Positions 19,500 through 28,395 of a stretch of 64,000 bases of DNA are shown here, piece after piece (position 1 is the first letter of the stretch; each line of letters starts with the position of its first letter). The position numbers and the translations under genes are program-made. The notes beneath the pieces were generated by a model. That model saw only the letters and a list, made by a program, of their open reading frames with translations, did not search any database and was not told the origin of the DNA. This stretch comes from Verrucomicrobiota bacterium. GTDB taxonomy: Bacteria; Verrucomicrobiota; Verrucomicrobiia; CAIQCK01. The stretch covers positions 22,779-86,778 of the forward strand of contig JAPLTX010000044.1 of NCBI GenBank assembly GCA_026397915.1, written 5' to 3'.

Positions 19500-21431
19500 A
19501 TGACGGACGATCAAATCCAATCATTACTCGACGATGGTAAGGCCGAAGCCCGCCACGTGGACGCTCTAAAGAAGCTCGACCCCGGCGCTTACTGCATCCA
19601 TCGCAGTTGGGGCTTTGGCAAGGTGGCGAGCTTCGACCACATCATGGGCAAGTTCCAGATAGACTTCAAAGGCAGGGCCGGCCACGCCATGGAGGCGCGC
19701 TACGCCGCCGAGTCGCTGGAGATTCTGCCGGCCGGGCACATTCTCGTCCAGAAGGTGGTCGGCCTCGACGCGCTCAAGCAGCTCGCAGCCGGGCAGCCGT
19801 TGCAGTTGATGCGCGTCGTGCTGGGCAGCTTTGGCGGCCAGGCGATGGTGGAGCCGATTGCCGCGGCGTTGTGCCCGGAGGTTGTTGCCACGGCGGATTG
19901 GAAAAAGTGGTGGGATGGCGCCAAGCGCGCGATGAAGAAAGATCCGCACTTCGGCGTTCCAGCGAAGAAAACCGAGGCGTTCGTGCTGCGCGACAAGCCG
20001 CAGCGTCCGGAGGAGGAACTGCTCAGGTTGTTTGCCGCTGGCGCCAACCTCAAACAAAAACTCCAGGCAGCGGAACAGTTGTTGCGCATTGCGGACCTGT
20101 TGCCCGACGTGGCAGCGGTGCTCGGTTCGGTCATTCACGCGCTTAGCGACGAGATCGAGGCCTCCCCGCACCGCGACCCGGCCACCACGCTCGAAGCAAT
20201 CTGGGTGCGCGACGAACTGGCCGGGCTTTGCGGTCACCAGACCCCGCATACCGTCGAGCAGATTCATGAGGTGGTCCGGAACGTGCGTCATCTGGGCGAG
20301 TTGTTGCAATCGTTGCCGTCTGCGAAGCAGAAGCGACTTTTGCCGCACCTGCGCACCGCCTATCCGGACACGTGGCACAACACGCTGCGGCAGATTCTGC
20401 TGAGCGCCGACGCGAAGCTCGCTGGTGACATTATTGAGTTTTTGACCAACGAAGGCCAGAGCGACGCGGTGCGCGCGTTTCTGGATCGAGTCGTTCGCGA
20501 GCAATCCGCCACCAATGAACTGTTGCTGTGGATTTGTCGCAGCCGCAACCAGCAGGCGTTCGCCGAGACGATCGGGCCGTTGCTCAATGTGCGGCTGGCT
20601 GGCGCCATTCTCCAAGCCATCCAGCGCGAGCACTCTGACACCGGCCGGAAAAAAAACCTGCTGTTGGAATGGTTTGTCAACGACCACGCGATGCTGGGCG
20701 ATCTGTTGCGCGAGACGGACATCGAGGATGTGCGCGACATCGCCCGCAAGCTCCTGTTGCATCCGGCCATTGGCGAGATGGATCGCCGCTCGTTGCTCGC
20801 GCGAATTATCAAGGTGTATCCGCAGATTCAAGCGCTGCTGACGGGCGGGGCCGAGGCGCGCCAGCAGACGATCACTGTTTCCTGGGAGAGCCTGGAGCAG
20901 CGGAAAGCCGAATACGACGAGCTGATCACCAAGCGCATGCCGGCCAACACACGCGACATTGCCATTGCCCGCAGTTACGGTGATCTGCGCGAGAACTTCG
21001 AGTTCAAGGCCGCCAAGGAAATGCAGAAGGTCCTCATGGCGCGCAAGGGCGAGTTGGAACTCATGTTGACAAACTCGCGCGGCACGGATTTCGCCGACGC
21101 CAAGACCGACGCGGTCGGTGTCGGCGCCGTCGTCACGCTTGCCGATCTCACGGAGAACAAAACGGTCCGTTACGCCATCCTCGGAGCGTGGGACAGCGAC
21201 GTGGACCGTGGCATTATCAGTTACCAGACCACACTCGCCCAGGCGTTGCTGAACAAGAAGGCGGGCGACGAGGCGGATTTCGAAATCGGCGGTCAGCGTC
21301 ATCACGTTCGCGTCGAGAAGATCGAACGCTACGTGGATATGAAATCGGAGATCGGTCCGCCCTGTATTTTGCGGGTGGCGGCGGGCGCCGCTGAAGCTAG
21401 TAGCGCCCCGGCAGCACCAGCCAGCAATTGA
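19500..21431 (+). CDS. greA: GreA/GreB family elongation factor with long N-terminal extension
   Basis: C-terminal ARSYGDLRENFEF and IISYQT GreA motifs; about 460-aa N-terminal extension. Confidence 0.88.
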   Translation: MTDDQIQSLLDDGKAEARHVDALKKLDPGAYCIHRSWGFGKVASFDHIMGKFQIDFKGRAGHAMEARYAAESLEILPAGHILVQKVVGLDALKQLAAGQPLQLMRVVLGSFGGQAMVEPIAAALCPEVVATADWKKWWDGAKRAMKKDPHFGVPAKKTEAFVLRDKPQRPEEELLRLFAAGANLKQKLQAAEQLLRIADLLPDVAAVLGSVIHALSDEIEASPHRDPATTLEAIWVRDELAGLCGHQTPHTVEQIHEVVRNVRHLGELLQSLPSAKQKRLLPHLRTAYPDTWHNTLRQILLSADAKLAGDIIEFLTNEGQSDAVRAFLDRVVREQSATNELLLWICRSRNQQAFAETIGPLLNVRLAGAILQAIQREHSDTGRKKNLLLEWFVNDHAMLGDLLRETDIEDVRDIARKLLLHPAIGEMDRRSLLARIIKVYPQIQALLTGGAEARQQTITVSWESLEQRKAEYDELITKRMPANTRDIAIARSYGDLRENFEFKAAKEMQKVLMARKGELELMLTNSRGTDFADAKTDAVGVGAVVTLADLTENKTVRYAILGAWDSDVDRGIISYQTTLAQALLNKKAGDEADFEIGGQRHHVRVEKIERYVDMKSEIGPPCILRVAAGAAEASSAPAAPASN

Positions 21432-21900
21432 GCCACGCCCAGCCGGCCGCCAGTCCCAACAGCAGCACCAGCAGGTTGAGCCGCACGCTCAACCGGTGCA
21501 GCCGCTGCCAGCGCAGCAGCACTTCCTCGCGAGCGTCTTCGTCCTCCTTCTCGCGAGCTTCGTGCGCCTCATCGCGCAGCGAGTTCATGCGCGGCACGAG
21601 CCGCTGCCGTGCCCAGAACACCATCACCATCATTCCGAACACCAGCACCAGCACCGTTGAGCCGCCTTTCCATGGCCAGAACCGCATGGCAATCAGCAGC
21701 CCGCCGCTCATCAGGCCAAACAGGGCGCACACCAGCCCGACCAGATAGTAGCGCGGGAACACGGCTCGGATGAACTTGCCGGCGTGTTCCACCTCCAACG
21801 TCCGAAATGCCGTGGGCGCGACTACGAACAGGAAAAAGACAATCGCCCCCATCCATAACGCCCACGACAAGAGAAAGACGTAGCCTAATGCGATGGTCAT
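21397..21900 (-). CDS. DUF4149-like membrane protein
   Basis: Four hydrophobic segments; VVAPTAF...AG..I...FPRYY and HRLSV motifs. Confidence 0.75.
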   Translation of the reverse strand: MTIALGYVFLLSWALWMGAIVFFLFVVAPTAFRTLEVEHAGKFIRAVFPRYYLVGLVCALFGLMSGGLLIAMRFWPWKGGSTVLVLVFGMMVMVFWARQRLVPRMNSLRDEAHEAREKEDEDAREEVLLRWQRLHRLSVRLNLLVLLLGLAAGWAWLNCWLVLPGRY

Positions 21901-22043
21901 CGTTGTCCAGCTTACCGATGCCGGCGCCGCCTGCCAATAGAGAAAATGAGGCGGCTGGAGAACATCACGGCAGACTCATGGGCGGTTTCAACAGGTTCCA
22001 CTGCCGGCAAAAGATGTGAACGAGGAATGGAAGGTGCCGCCAA

Positions 22044-22156
22044 CCTGGGAGCGCGGGCATCCGCCCGCTTGGGCATGCAAACCACGATGGCTTCTCTTCG
22101 TGTTGCGGCACTGTCGAATAACCACCGAAGGCGGGCAGGATGCCCGCGCTCCCAGG
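22044..22156. repeat. REP-like inverted pair (CCTGGGAGCGCGGGCATCC-GCCCGC ... GCGGGCAGGATGCCCGCGCTCCCAGG)
   Basis: About 25-bp terminal inverted repeats, each internally palindromic; intergenic. Confidence 0.8.
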
Positions 22157-22169
22157 CCGCAGACACGCG

Positions 22170-22673
22170 CTACGACTGTCCCGTCAGCGACAAAAACTCC
22201 GGCAGGCGCCGCATACTGTTGAAATCTTCTTCCTCGCACGCAAGCCGGCGATACGCGGCTTCCTTTCTGACGGCTTTCTCCAGCAAACGCAGCGCCTCCT
22301 CGTGCTGGCCTTGCACGGCGCGGTAACACGCCATGTTATAATTGGCCAGCGGATGGTCGGCGCGCAAGCGCCGCGCGTGTTCCAACGCTTCGATGGCCGC
22401 ATCCAGCGACTTCGTTCGCCGCCGGCAATACGCAAGCTGAATCCAGCCGTCCACGTTCTTCGGCTGCGCGGCGAGCAGCTTTTCAAACCAAGGCTCCGCG
22501 TCGGCGTAGCGGTGCGCGCAGAGCAGAATAAACGCCCTCGCGCTGATACCGTCCTCGTGATCGGGTTGTTGCGCCAGCAGCGCGTCCACCTCCGCCAGCG
22601 CGTCGTCGTGCATGCCGAGCGCAGCGTAGCCTTCCGCTGCCTCCAAGTGTTTCCGAATCTCAATGTTGTCCAC
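22170..22673 (-). CDS. TPR-repeat protein
   Basis: LEAAEGYAALGM..., GWIQLAYC, ANYNMACY TPR units; start uncertain (22673 or 22703). Confidence 0.8.
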   Translation of the reverse strand: MDNIEIRKHLEAAEGYAALGMHDDALAEVDALLAQQPDHEDGISARAFILLCAHRYADAEPWFEKLLAAQPKNVDGWIQLAYCRRRTKSLDAAIEALEHARRLRADHPLANYNMACYRAVQGQHEEALRLLEKAVRKEAAYRRLACEEEDFNSMRRLPEFLSLTGQS

Positions 22674-22766
22674 GTTGAGTATTTCAACTGTTTCACGGAA
22701 CAAACTCCAGCCGGATATCGGAGCGAGGAGTTGTTCCCTTGTGTGTTCTTCGTCGCCAGCCAGTGC

Positions 22767-22794
22767 TTGACCGTGTCGTTTGCGGCGTTAGACT
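22767..22794 (+). promoter_or_regulatory. Putative promoter TTGACC-N16-TAGACT upstream of kinase gene 1
   Basis: Same hexamers and spacing recur upstream of kinase gene 4. Confidence 0.55.
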
Positions 22795-22814
22795 GCGCGA
22801 CAAAGGAGCCGGCC

Positions 22815-25800
22815 TTGACTAATCTTGAGGGTCAGACATTCGCGGGATACGAGGTTCTCAGCAAGCTGGGCGAAGGCGGCATGGGAGCGGTCTATAAGGC
22901 CCGCCAGCCGATGCTCAACCGCCTCGTCGCACTCAAGGTGATGTCATCCCACCTCGGCGCAGATCCCAGCTTCGTCGCCCGTTTCGTTCGCGAGGCTTCC
23001 GCCGCCGCCAACCTCAACCATCCCAACATGGTGCAGGTCTATACCGCCGGCGAAGCCGACGGCGTTCACTTTATCGCGATGGAGTTCGTCGAGGGCGAGT
23101 CGCTCCAAAAACGCCTGCACCGGCTCGGACGCATCGAGCCGCGCGAAGCCGTTGCCATCACCGTCTATGTGGCCCAAGCCCTTCAGTATGCATGGAACAA
23201 GGCCCATCTCATCCACCGCGACATCAAGCCCGACAACGTCTTCCTCTCCAATTCCGGCGAGGTGAAGGTGGGCGACCTCGGTCTGGCCAAGAGCGTTGGT
23301 GGCGAAACCACCGAGTTGACGCAGACCGGCACGGCGATGGGTTCGCCGCACTACATCAGCCCGGAGCAGGCCACAGGGTTGAAGGACGTGGATTTCCGCA
23401 CCGACATCTACAGCTTGGGCTGCACTCTCTACCACATGTTGACGGGCAAGACGCCCTATAGTGGCGACAGTTCGATGGCGGTCATGATGAAGCACGTCAA
23501 CGACCCGCCGCCGGCGATTTTCAAGACGTGGCCGGGGTGCCCGATGCCGATGGGGATGTTGGTGGGCAAGATGCTGGCCAAGGACCGCAACGCGCGGCCT
23601 CAGAGCTACGAGCAGTTGGTTGATGACCTGCTGGCGGTCCACGAGAAAATCAAAAACATGGAATCCGTGCGCGCCGTGGCAGTGACGCCCGCGGCAGCGC
23701 AACCAAAGAGCGTGACACCAGCCTCCGGCGCAAAGGCGGCAAGAAGCTTCGCGCCGCCGGCGATGAAAGAGACGGTCGCCGCCCCGTCGCCCGGAAACCG
23801 GAAGCTGATCTACGCCGCTGCTGGACTTGCAGCCGTCGCGGCGATTGCGGGCGCGGCGTGGTGGTTTGTTGGCCGACCGTCTCCGCGCGGCGAGGAGCCG
23901 GCGATAGCGACGACCGGTCAGGCACCCGCAGCGCTGCCTCTAGCCGTGGACACCGCCACCCCTCGCGAAACCGCCGTCGCACCGCCAATGGCATCCGCCT
24001 GGCTGCCGCTGGACATTGCCACGGCATGCAACGCCGATATCATCAGCACCGCTGAGCGCCAATCGTCGGACCAGTTCACATTCAACGGCGGAAGATTGGC
24101 CAGCACCAGTTGGCTGCGCAAGAACGGCCATCCCGAACCGGGGCTTCCCGACGACGGGCGTGTGCAGATCCCGGATACGCCGCCGCCGGGGTTTTTCCAA
24201 GTGCGAACGCCGCCGGCCAAGAACGCCATGCTCCTCTCCGGTCCGGAGGGCTGCCAGCCGCAGCCGGTCACCGTTGAATTGACCGCTGGCGAGCGCGGCC
24301 GTTACTCGGAACTGGTTATTTTGCACACTACGTGCCACGGCAATGGAACTCTGCGTGTCTTGCTCCGCTACGAAACGGGCTTGGAGACAACCGTCTCCAT
24401 GCCTGTGTTTGACTGGAGTCCCCGTGGGCGAACTGGCCCGTTGCCCGCCGATCTCCGTGTCGCTGCCACTTCGCGCGACACCTATCCGGGGGGAGTCCGA
24501 ATCGCAGAGATGTTTGCCCAGCGAATTCCCGCCGACCCGCTGCGGACGTTACGTTCTCTGACCTTCTCGTTTGATTCGCTAACGCCGGCAAAAGGGGTTT
24601 CAGAACGGGATGCTCGCAGTCATTTCACCGTCGGCATCTTCGCCATCAGCGCGTTGCCGGCAGCCGGGCCTGCATCCCCTGTCGCAGACACCACCGCTCG
24701 CGAAGCCGCTCCAACTCCGACGAAGTTCGGCACGCTTTTTGACGGCCGCGACACGTTGGCATGGCAGAGGAGCGACGGCGGGCCATGCGATTGGCGGGTG
24801 GAGGCCGGCGCGTTGGTGGCCGGCGCAACCGATCTCGATACGCGGGAGAAGTTCCAGGACTTCGAATTGCACGTCGAGTTCGCCTGCCCTCAGGACCGTA
24901 AGCAGGGCAACAGCGGCGTCTATATCCAGGGCCGTTACGAACTGCAGATTCTGGAATCCTTTGGCAAGCCGGCGACGGACGGTTCCTGCGGCGCGATTTT
25001 CAAGCTCAAGGCGCCGACTGAGAATGCGAGCAAACCGCCGGACGAATGGCAGACGTTCGACATCAGCTTCCGTGCCGCTCGCTTCGACGCCGCCGGGGCG
25101 AAGACCGCCAACGCCCGCCTGAGCGTTGTGCACAATGACGCAACTATTCATCGCGATGTTGAGATCGCTCGCAACACCGGCAAGGGGGAGGAGGAAAGCG
25201 CCGCACCCGGCCCGATCCGTTTGCAAGGCTACGGTAGTCCCGTGCGCTTCCGCAACATCCGCATCAAGCCGATGGGAACCACTGCAACTGCCATGACCGC
25301 TTCCGCCGCCACCGCATCGAAGCAACTCGGCTCGGTCTTCACCAATGCTGTCGGCGCGGAGATGGTCTATATCCCGCCCGGCGAGTTACTGATGGGCAGC
25401 ACGAAGGAGGAGCGCGAATGGGCAGTCATGCCAGGAAACATGGGCGTGCGTGGTTCCGCCCTCAAGCGCGTGGGATTGGAAGGGGAGCGGCAGCCGCGGC
25501 AGGCGACGCTTCGCAGCGGTTTCTGGATGGGCCGCACGAAGGTGACTGTTGGACAATGGCGCAAGTTTGCGGATGCAACCAGCTACCGAACTATGGCCGA
25601 GACAAAGGGCGTGGCCATGGCACACGAAAGGGTCAACCACAGTTGTGGGCAAGTTCAAGGCGCGAGTTGGAGCAACTTGGGATTCAGCAACCCCGTTCAG
25701 GATAACTATCCCGCTGTGTGCATCAGTTGGGAAGATGCCACGGCGTTCTGCAAATGGTTGACTGAGCGCGAGCGTGAGGCTGGGCGGTTGCCGGCCGGAT

Positions 25801-27446
25801 GCATGATGCGGCTGCCCACCGAAGCGGAATGGGAATATGCGTGTCGCGGCGGCAAACCAGGCACCAAGTTTTGGTGGGGTGATTCCAAGGAAGATGGCGA
25901 GGGTCGGCTCAATTGGAGCAAGCCCATGAATGCTGATGACGGGCTGGTAACCGTGGACCAATTTGGCGAGCGAGGCCGGAATGAATTCGGTCTGGCCGAT
26001 ATGGCAGGCAACGCATGGGATTGGTGCCTTGATAATCTCGACCCCGCAGGTCCGCACACTGAGCTTTACATGGACGATTCGTCCATGCGCGTCCTCAAGG
26101 GTGGTGACTTTGCGTCCATGCCGCAAGCCAACCGATGCGCCGCGCGTGACGGGAGACCCGCGGACACAGCTGATTTCCGATATGGGTTTCGAGTGTGTTG
26201 CGGCGTGGATGTGTCCGGCAAAGAAGCGGGCACAGGAACAGTGCTGCCGCTTGCCGAATGGAAGAGCCTCATCCCACTTATTGATCCCAAGCGCGATGGC
26301 ATCGCTGGCGGCTGGAAGGTGGAACACGGCAGGCTTTATTGCACTAAGCGCACCCCTTGGTCCCTCTGCGAACTGCCCGTAGATTATAGGGGCGGCAACT
26401 ATGATCTCCGCTTCCGCGTCACACGTGGCGATGGGCGGGACGTTGCCATCTTCTTCCTCTTCCGTAAGGGCATCACAGGGGGAACTGTGCTGTTTGACTA
26501 CTTCAACATCAATGACTTGCTGGTTGCCAAGGGTGTCAAGGTCGCAGGACTCACAAATGTGAAAGGGAAACCGGCCCCCCGCAATGAAACCCGGAGAGAA
26601 CGGCCCTCGTGGCTGCCCAAGGGGCAGGAGAAAGCTGTGCTCATCCAAGTGCGCGACGAAGGTATGGTTGTCACCTTGGATGGGGAGGAAGTGTTCCGTT
26701 GGGAAGGAAACTGGGAGGACGTGACGCAACATGAGAACATGGTTCTTTCGGAGAATAAAATTACCCGTCCAGTATTTGGCGTTAGTCCCCACGACTGCGA
26801 AGCCGTTTTCAGTGCCATCGAAATGCGGGAAATCGCTGGCAAGGGCGAGTTCACACGCTTTGGCGCGAATGACGCCTTCGTCCGGGAAGTCGCCGCGCTG
26901 CCGGCGGAGCAGCAGGTCGCGCGCGTCGTGGCGGAGTTGAAGAAGCTCAACCCCGACTTCGATGGCAAAGAGAAGCACAAGATCGAGGGGAGTGACGTTA
27001 GCGAGTTGGAAATCTCGGCGCTGAACGTGACCGACATCTCGCCGGTGCGCGCGTTGACCAAGCTGCGGCGGTTCGTGTGCATCGCCTCCACCGACGGCAA
27101 GAAGCGATCCAAGCTCTGCGATCTGACGCCGCTGCAAGGTTTGTCGCTGACAGAACTGCGGGTGCCTGGCTGTGACGTCAGCGATCTGTCGCCAGTGGCC
27201 GGGATGCCGCTGAGCCATCTGGGAATCGGCCACACGCGGGTCAGCGACCTGTCGCCGCTCAAAGGCGCACCGCTGGACACTCTCATGGCCCAAGGCGTTC
27301 CATTGCAGGACTTGTCTCCGTTACGGGGCGCGCCGTTAACGACGATCTGGTGCGATGAAGCCGTGGCCGCGACTCCGGCAAACCGGGGAATCCTGAAATC
27401 CATTTCGACTCTCAAGACGATCAAGAGCGGCCGCGCCGCGCAGTAG
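22815..27446 (+). CDS. Transmembrane Ser/Thr protein kinase 1: kinase-TM-unknown beta domain-DUF1080-FGE-sulfatase-module Y-LRR
   Basis: TTG start after SD AAGGAG; GEGGMGAVY, VALK, HRDIKPDN, DLG; TM near 23805-23870; GNSGVY/FRNIRIK (DUF1080); RLPTEAEWEYACR (FGE); DLSPLxG repeats. Confidence 0.9.
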   Translation: MTNLEGQTFAGYEVLSKLGEGGMGAVYKARQPMLNRLVALKVMSSHLGADPSFVARFVREASAAANLNHPNMVQVYTAGEADGVHFIAMEFVEGESLQKRLHRLGRIEPREAVAITVYVAQALQYAWNKAHLIHRDIKPDNVFLSNSGEVKVGDLGLAKSVGGETTELTQTGTAMGSPHYISPEQATGLKDVDFRTDIYSLGCTLYHMLTGKTPYSGDSSMAVMMKHVNDPPPAIFKTWPGCPMPMGMLVGKMLAKDRNARPQSYEQLVDDLLAVHEKIKNMESVRAVAVTPAAAQPKSVTPASGAKAARSFAPPAMKETVAAPSPGNRKLIYAAAGLAAVAAIAGAAWWFVGRPSPRGEEPAIATTGQAPAALPLAVDTATPRETAVAPPMASAWLPLDIATACNADIISTAERQSSDQFTFNGGRLASTSWLRKNGHPEPGLPDDGRVQIPDTPPPGFFQVRTPPAKNAMLLSGPEGCQPQPVTVELTAGERGRYSELVILHTTCHGNGTLRVLLRYETGLETTVSMPVFDWSPRGRTGPLPADLRVAATSRDTYPGGVRIAEMFAQRIPADPLRTLRSLTFSFDSLTPAKGVSERDARSHFTVGIFAISALPAAGPASPVADTTAREAAPTPTKFGTLFDGRDTLAWQRSDGGPCDWRVEAGALVAGATDLDTREKFQDFELHVEFACPQDRKQGNSGVYIQGRYELQILESFGKPATDGSCGAIFKLKAPTENASKPPDEWQTFDISFRAARFDAAGAKTANARLSVVHNDATIHRDVEIARNTGKGEEESAAPGPIRLQGYGSPVRFRNIRIKPMGTTATAMTASAATASKQLGSVFTNAVGAEMVYIPPGELLMGSTKEEREWAVMPGNMGVRGSALKRVGLEGERQPRQATLRSGFWMGRTKVTVGQWRKFADATSYRTMAETKGVAMAHERVNHSCGQVQGASWSNLGFSNPVQDNYPAVCISWEDATAFCKWLTEREREAGRLPAGCMMRLPTEAEWEYACRGGKPGTKFWWGDSKEDGEGRLNWSKPMNADDGLVTVDQFGERGRNEFGLADMAGNAWDWCLDNLDPAGPHTELYMDDSSMRVLKGGDFASMPQANRCAARDGRPADTADFRYGFRVCCGVDVSGKEAGTGTVLPLAEWKSLIPLIDPKRDGIAGGWKVEHGRLYCTKRTPWSLCELPVDYRGGNYDLRFRVTRGDGRDVAIFFLFRKGITGGTVLFDYFNINDLLVAKGVKVAGLTNVKGKPAPRNETRRERPSWLPKGQEKAVLIQVRDEGMVVTLDGEEVFRWEGNWEDVTQHENMVLSENKITRPVFGVSPHDCEAVFSAIEMREIAGKGEFTRFGANDAFVREVAALPAEQQVARVVAELKKLNPDFDGKEKHKIEGSDVSELEISALNVTDISPVRALTKLRRFVCIASTDGKKRSKLCDLTPLQGLSLTELRVPGCDVSDLSPVAGMPLSHLGIGHTRVSDLSPLKGAPLDTLMAQGVPLQDLSPLRGAPLTTIWCDEAVAATPANRGILKSISTLKTIKSGRAAQ

Positions 27447-27468
27447 CGTGTCAACCACAACCACGGTC

Positions 27469-28395
27469 ATGACCAATCTCGAAGGCCAAACATTCGCCGG
27501 TTACGAAATCCTCTCCAAACTCGGCCAGGGCGGGATGGGCGCGGTCTATAAAGCCCGCCAGCCGATGCTGGACCGGCTCGTGGCGCTCAAGGTGATCTCT
27601 CCGAGTGTCGCAGGGAATCCGGATTTCATTGCCCGCTTCCGGCGTGAGGCAACGGCGGCGGCGCAACTCAATCACCCGAACATCGTGCAACTCTACAGCG
27701 CTGGCGAGAGCGAGGGCGTCCACTTCATGGCGTGTGAGTTCATTGATGGCGAATCCCTCCAAGGCAAGCTCGACCGCCGCGGTCGTCTCGATCCACGCGA
27801 AACGCTGGCAGTTTGCGTCTTTGTTTGCGAGGCGCTCAAATACGCATGGGCGACCGCGAAGCTGATTCACCGGGACATCAAGCCTGACAACATCTTTCTC
27901 TCCAAAGAAGGCGATGTGAAGGTCGGCGACTTCGGCCTCGCCAAGCGCCTCGGCAGCGACGCGAGCGGCCTGACCAAAACCGGCACCACGATGGAGTCGC
28001 CGCATTACATGAGTCCCGAACAAGCGCTTGGCCACAAGGACCTCGATTTCCGTTGCGACACCTACAGCGTCGGCTGCACGCTGTATCACATGCTGGCCGG
28101 AGCGGTTCCCTACAACAGCAAGAATGTTGTCGAAGTGATGACGCAACATTGTTACGGCCCGTTGCCAGCCATTGCACAGGCTGTGCCCGGTTGCCCGGCG
28201 GTGTTGGTATTGCTTGTCAACAGAATGCTCGCGAAAAACCGCGATGAGCGCCATGCGAGCCATGACGACCTGATCGCCCACCTGTTGGAAGTGCGCGAGC
28301 AGATTCGCGCGCCACAGAACTCCATCGCCTGCGCGCCCGCTGTCGGTCCAGCCCGGCTGACACCGCACGTGGTAAAACCGGGTTCGCCGCCATGA
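27469..28395 (+). CDS. Stand-alone cytoplasmic Ser/Thr protein kinase
   Basis: MTNLEGQTFAGYE start; GQGGMG, VALK, HRDIKPDN, DFG, YMSPEQ; no TM or sensor domain. Confidence 0.9.
   Translation: MTNLEGQTFAGYEILSKLGQGGMGAVYKARQPMLDRLVALKVISPSVAGNPDFIARFRREATAAAQLNHPNIVQLYSAGESEGVHFMACEFIDGESLQGKLDRRGRLDPRETLAVCVFVCEALKYAWATAKLIHRDIKPDNIFLSKEGDVKVGDFGLAKRLGSDASGLTKTGTTMESPHYMSPEQALGHKDLDFRCDTYSVGCTLYHMLAGAVPYNSKNVVEVMTQHCYGPLPAIAQAVPGCPAVLVLLVNRMLAKNRDERHASHDDLIAHLLEVREQIRAPQNSIACAPAVGPARLTPHVVKPGSPP

Noticed and set aside
22140-22814. 225-aa N-terminal extension of kinase 1 in the ORF track
   Set aside because: It is the antisense of the TPR gene; SD, promoter and paralogue N-termini place the start at TTG 22815.
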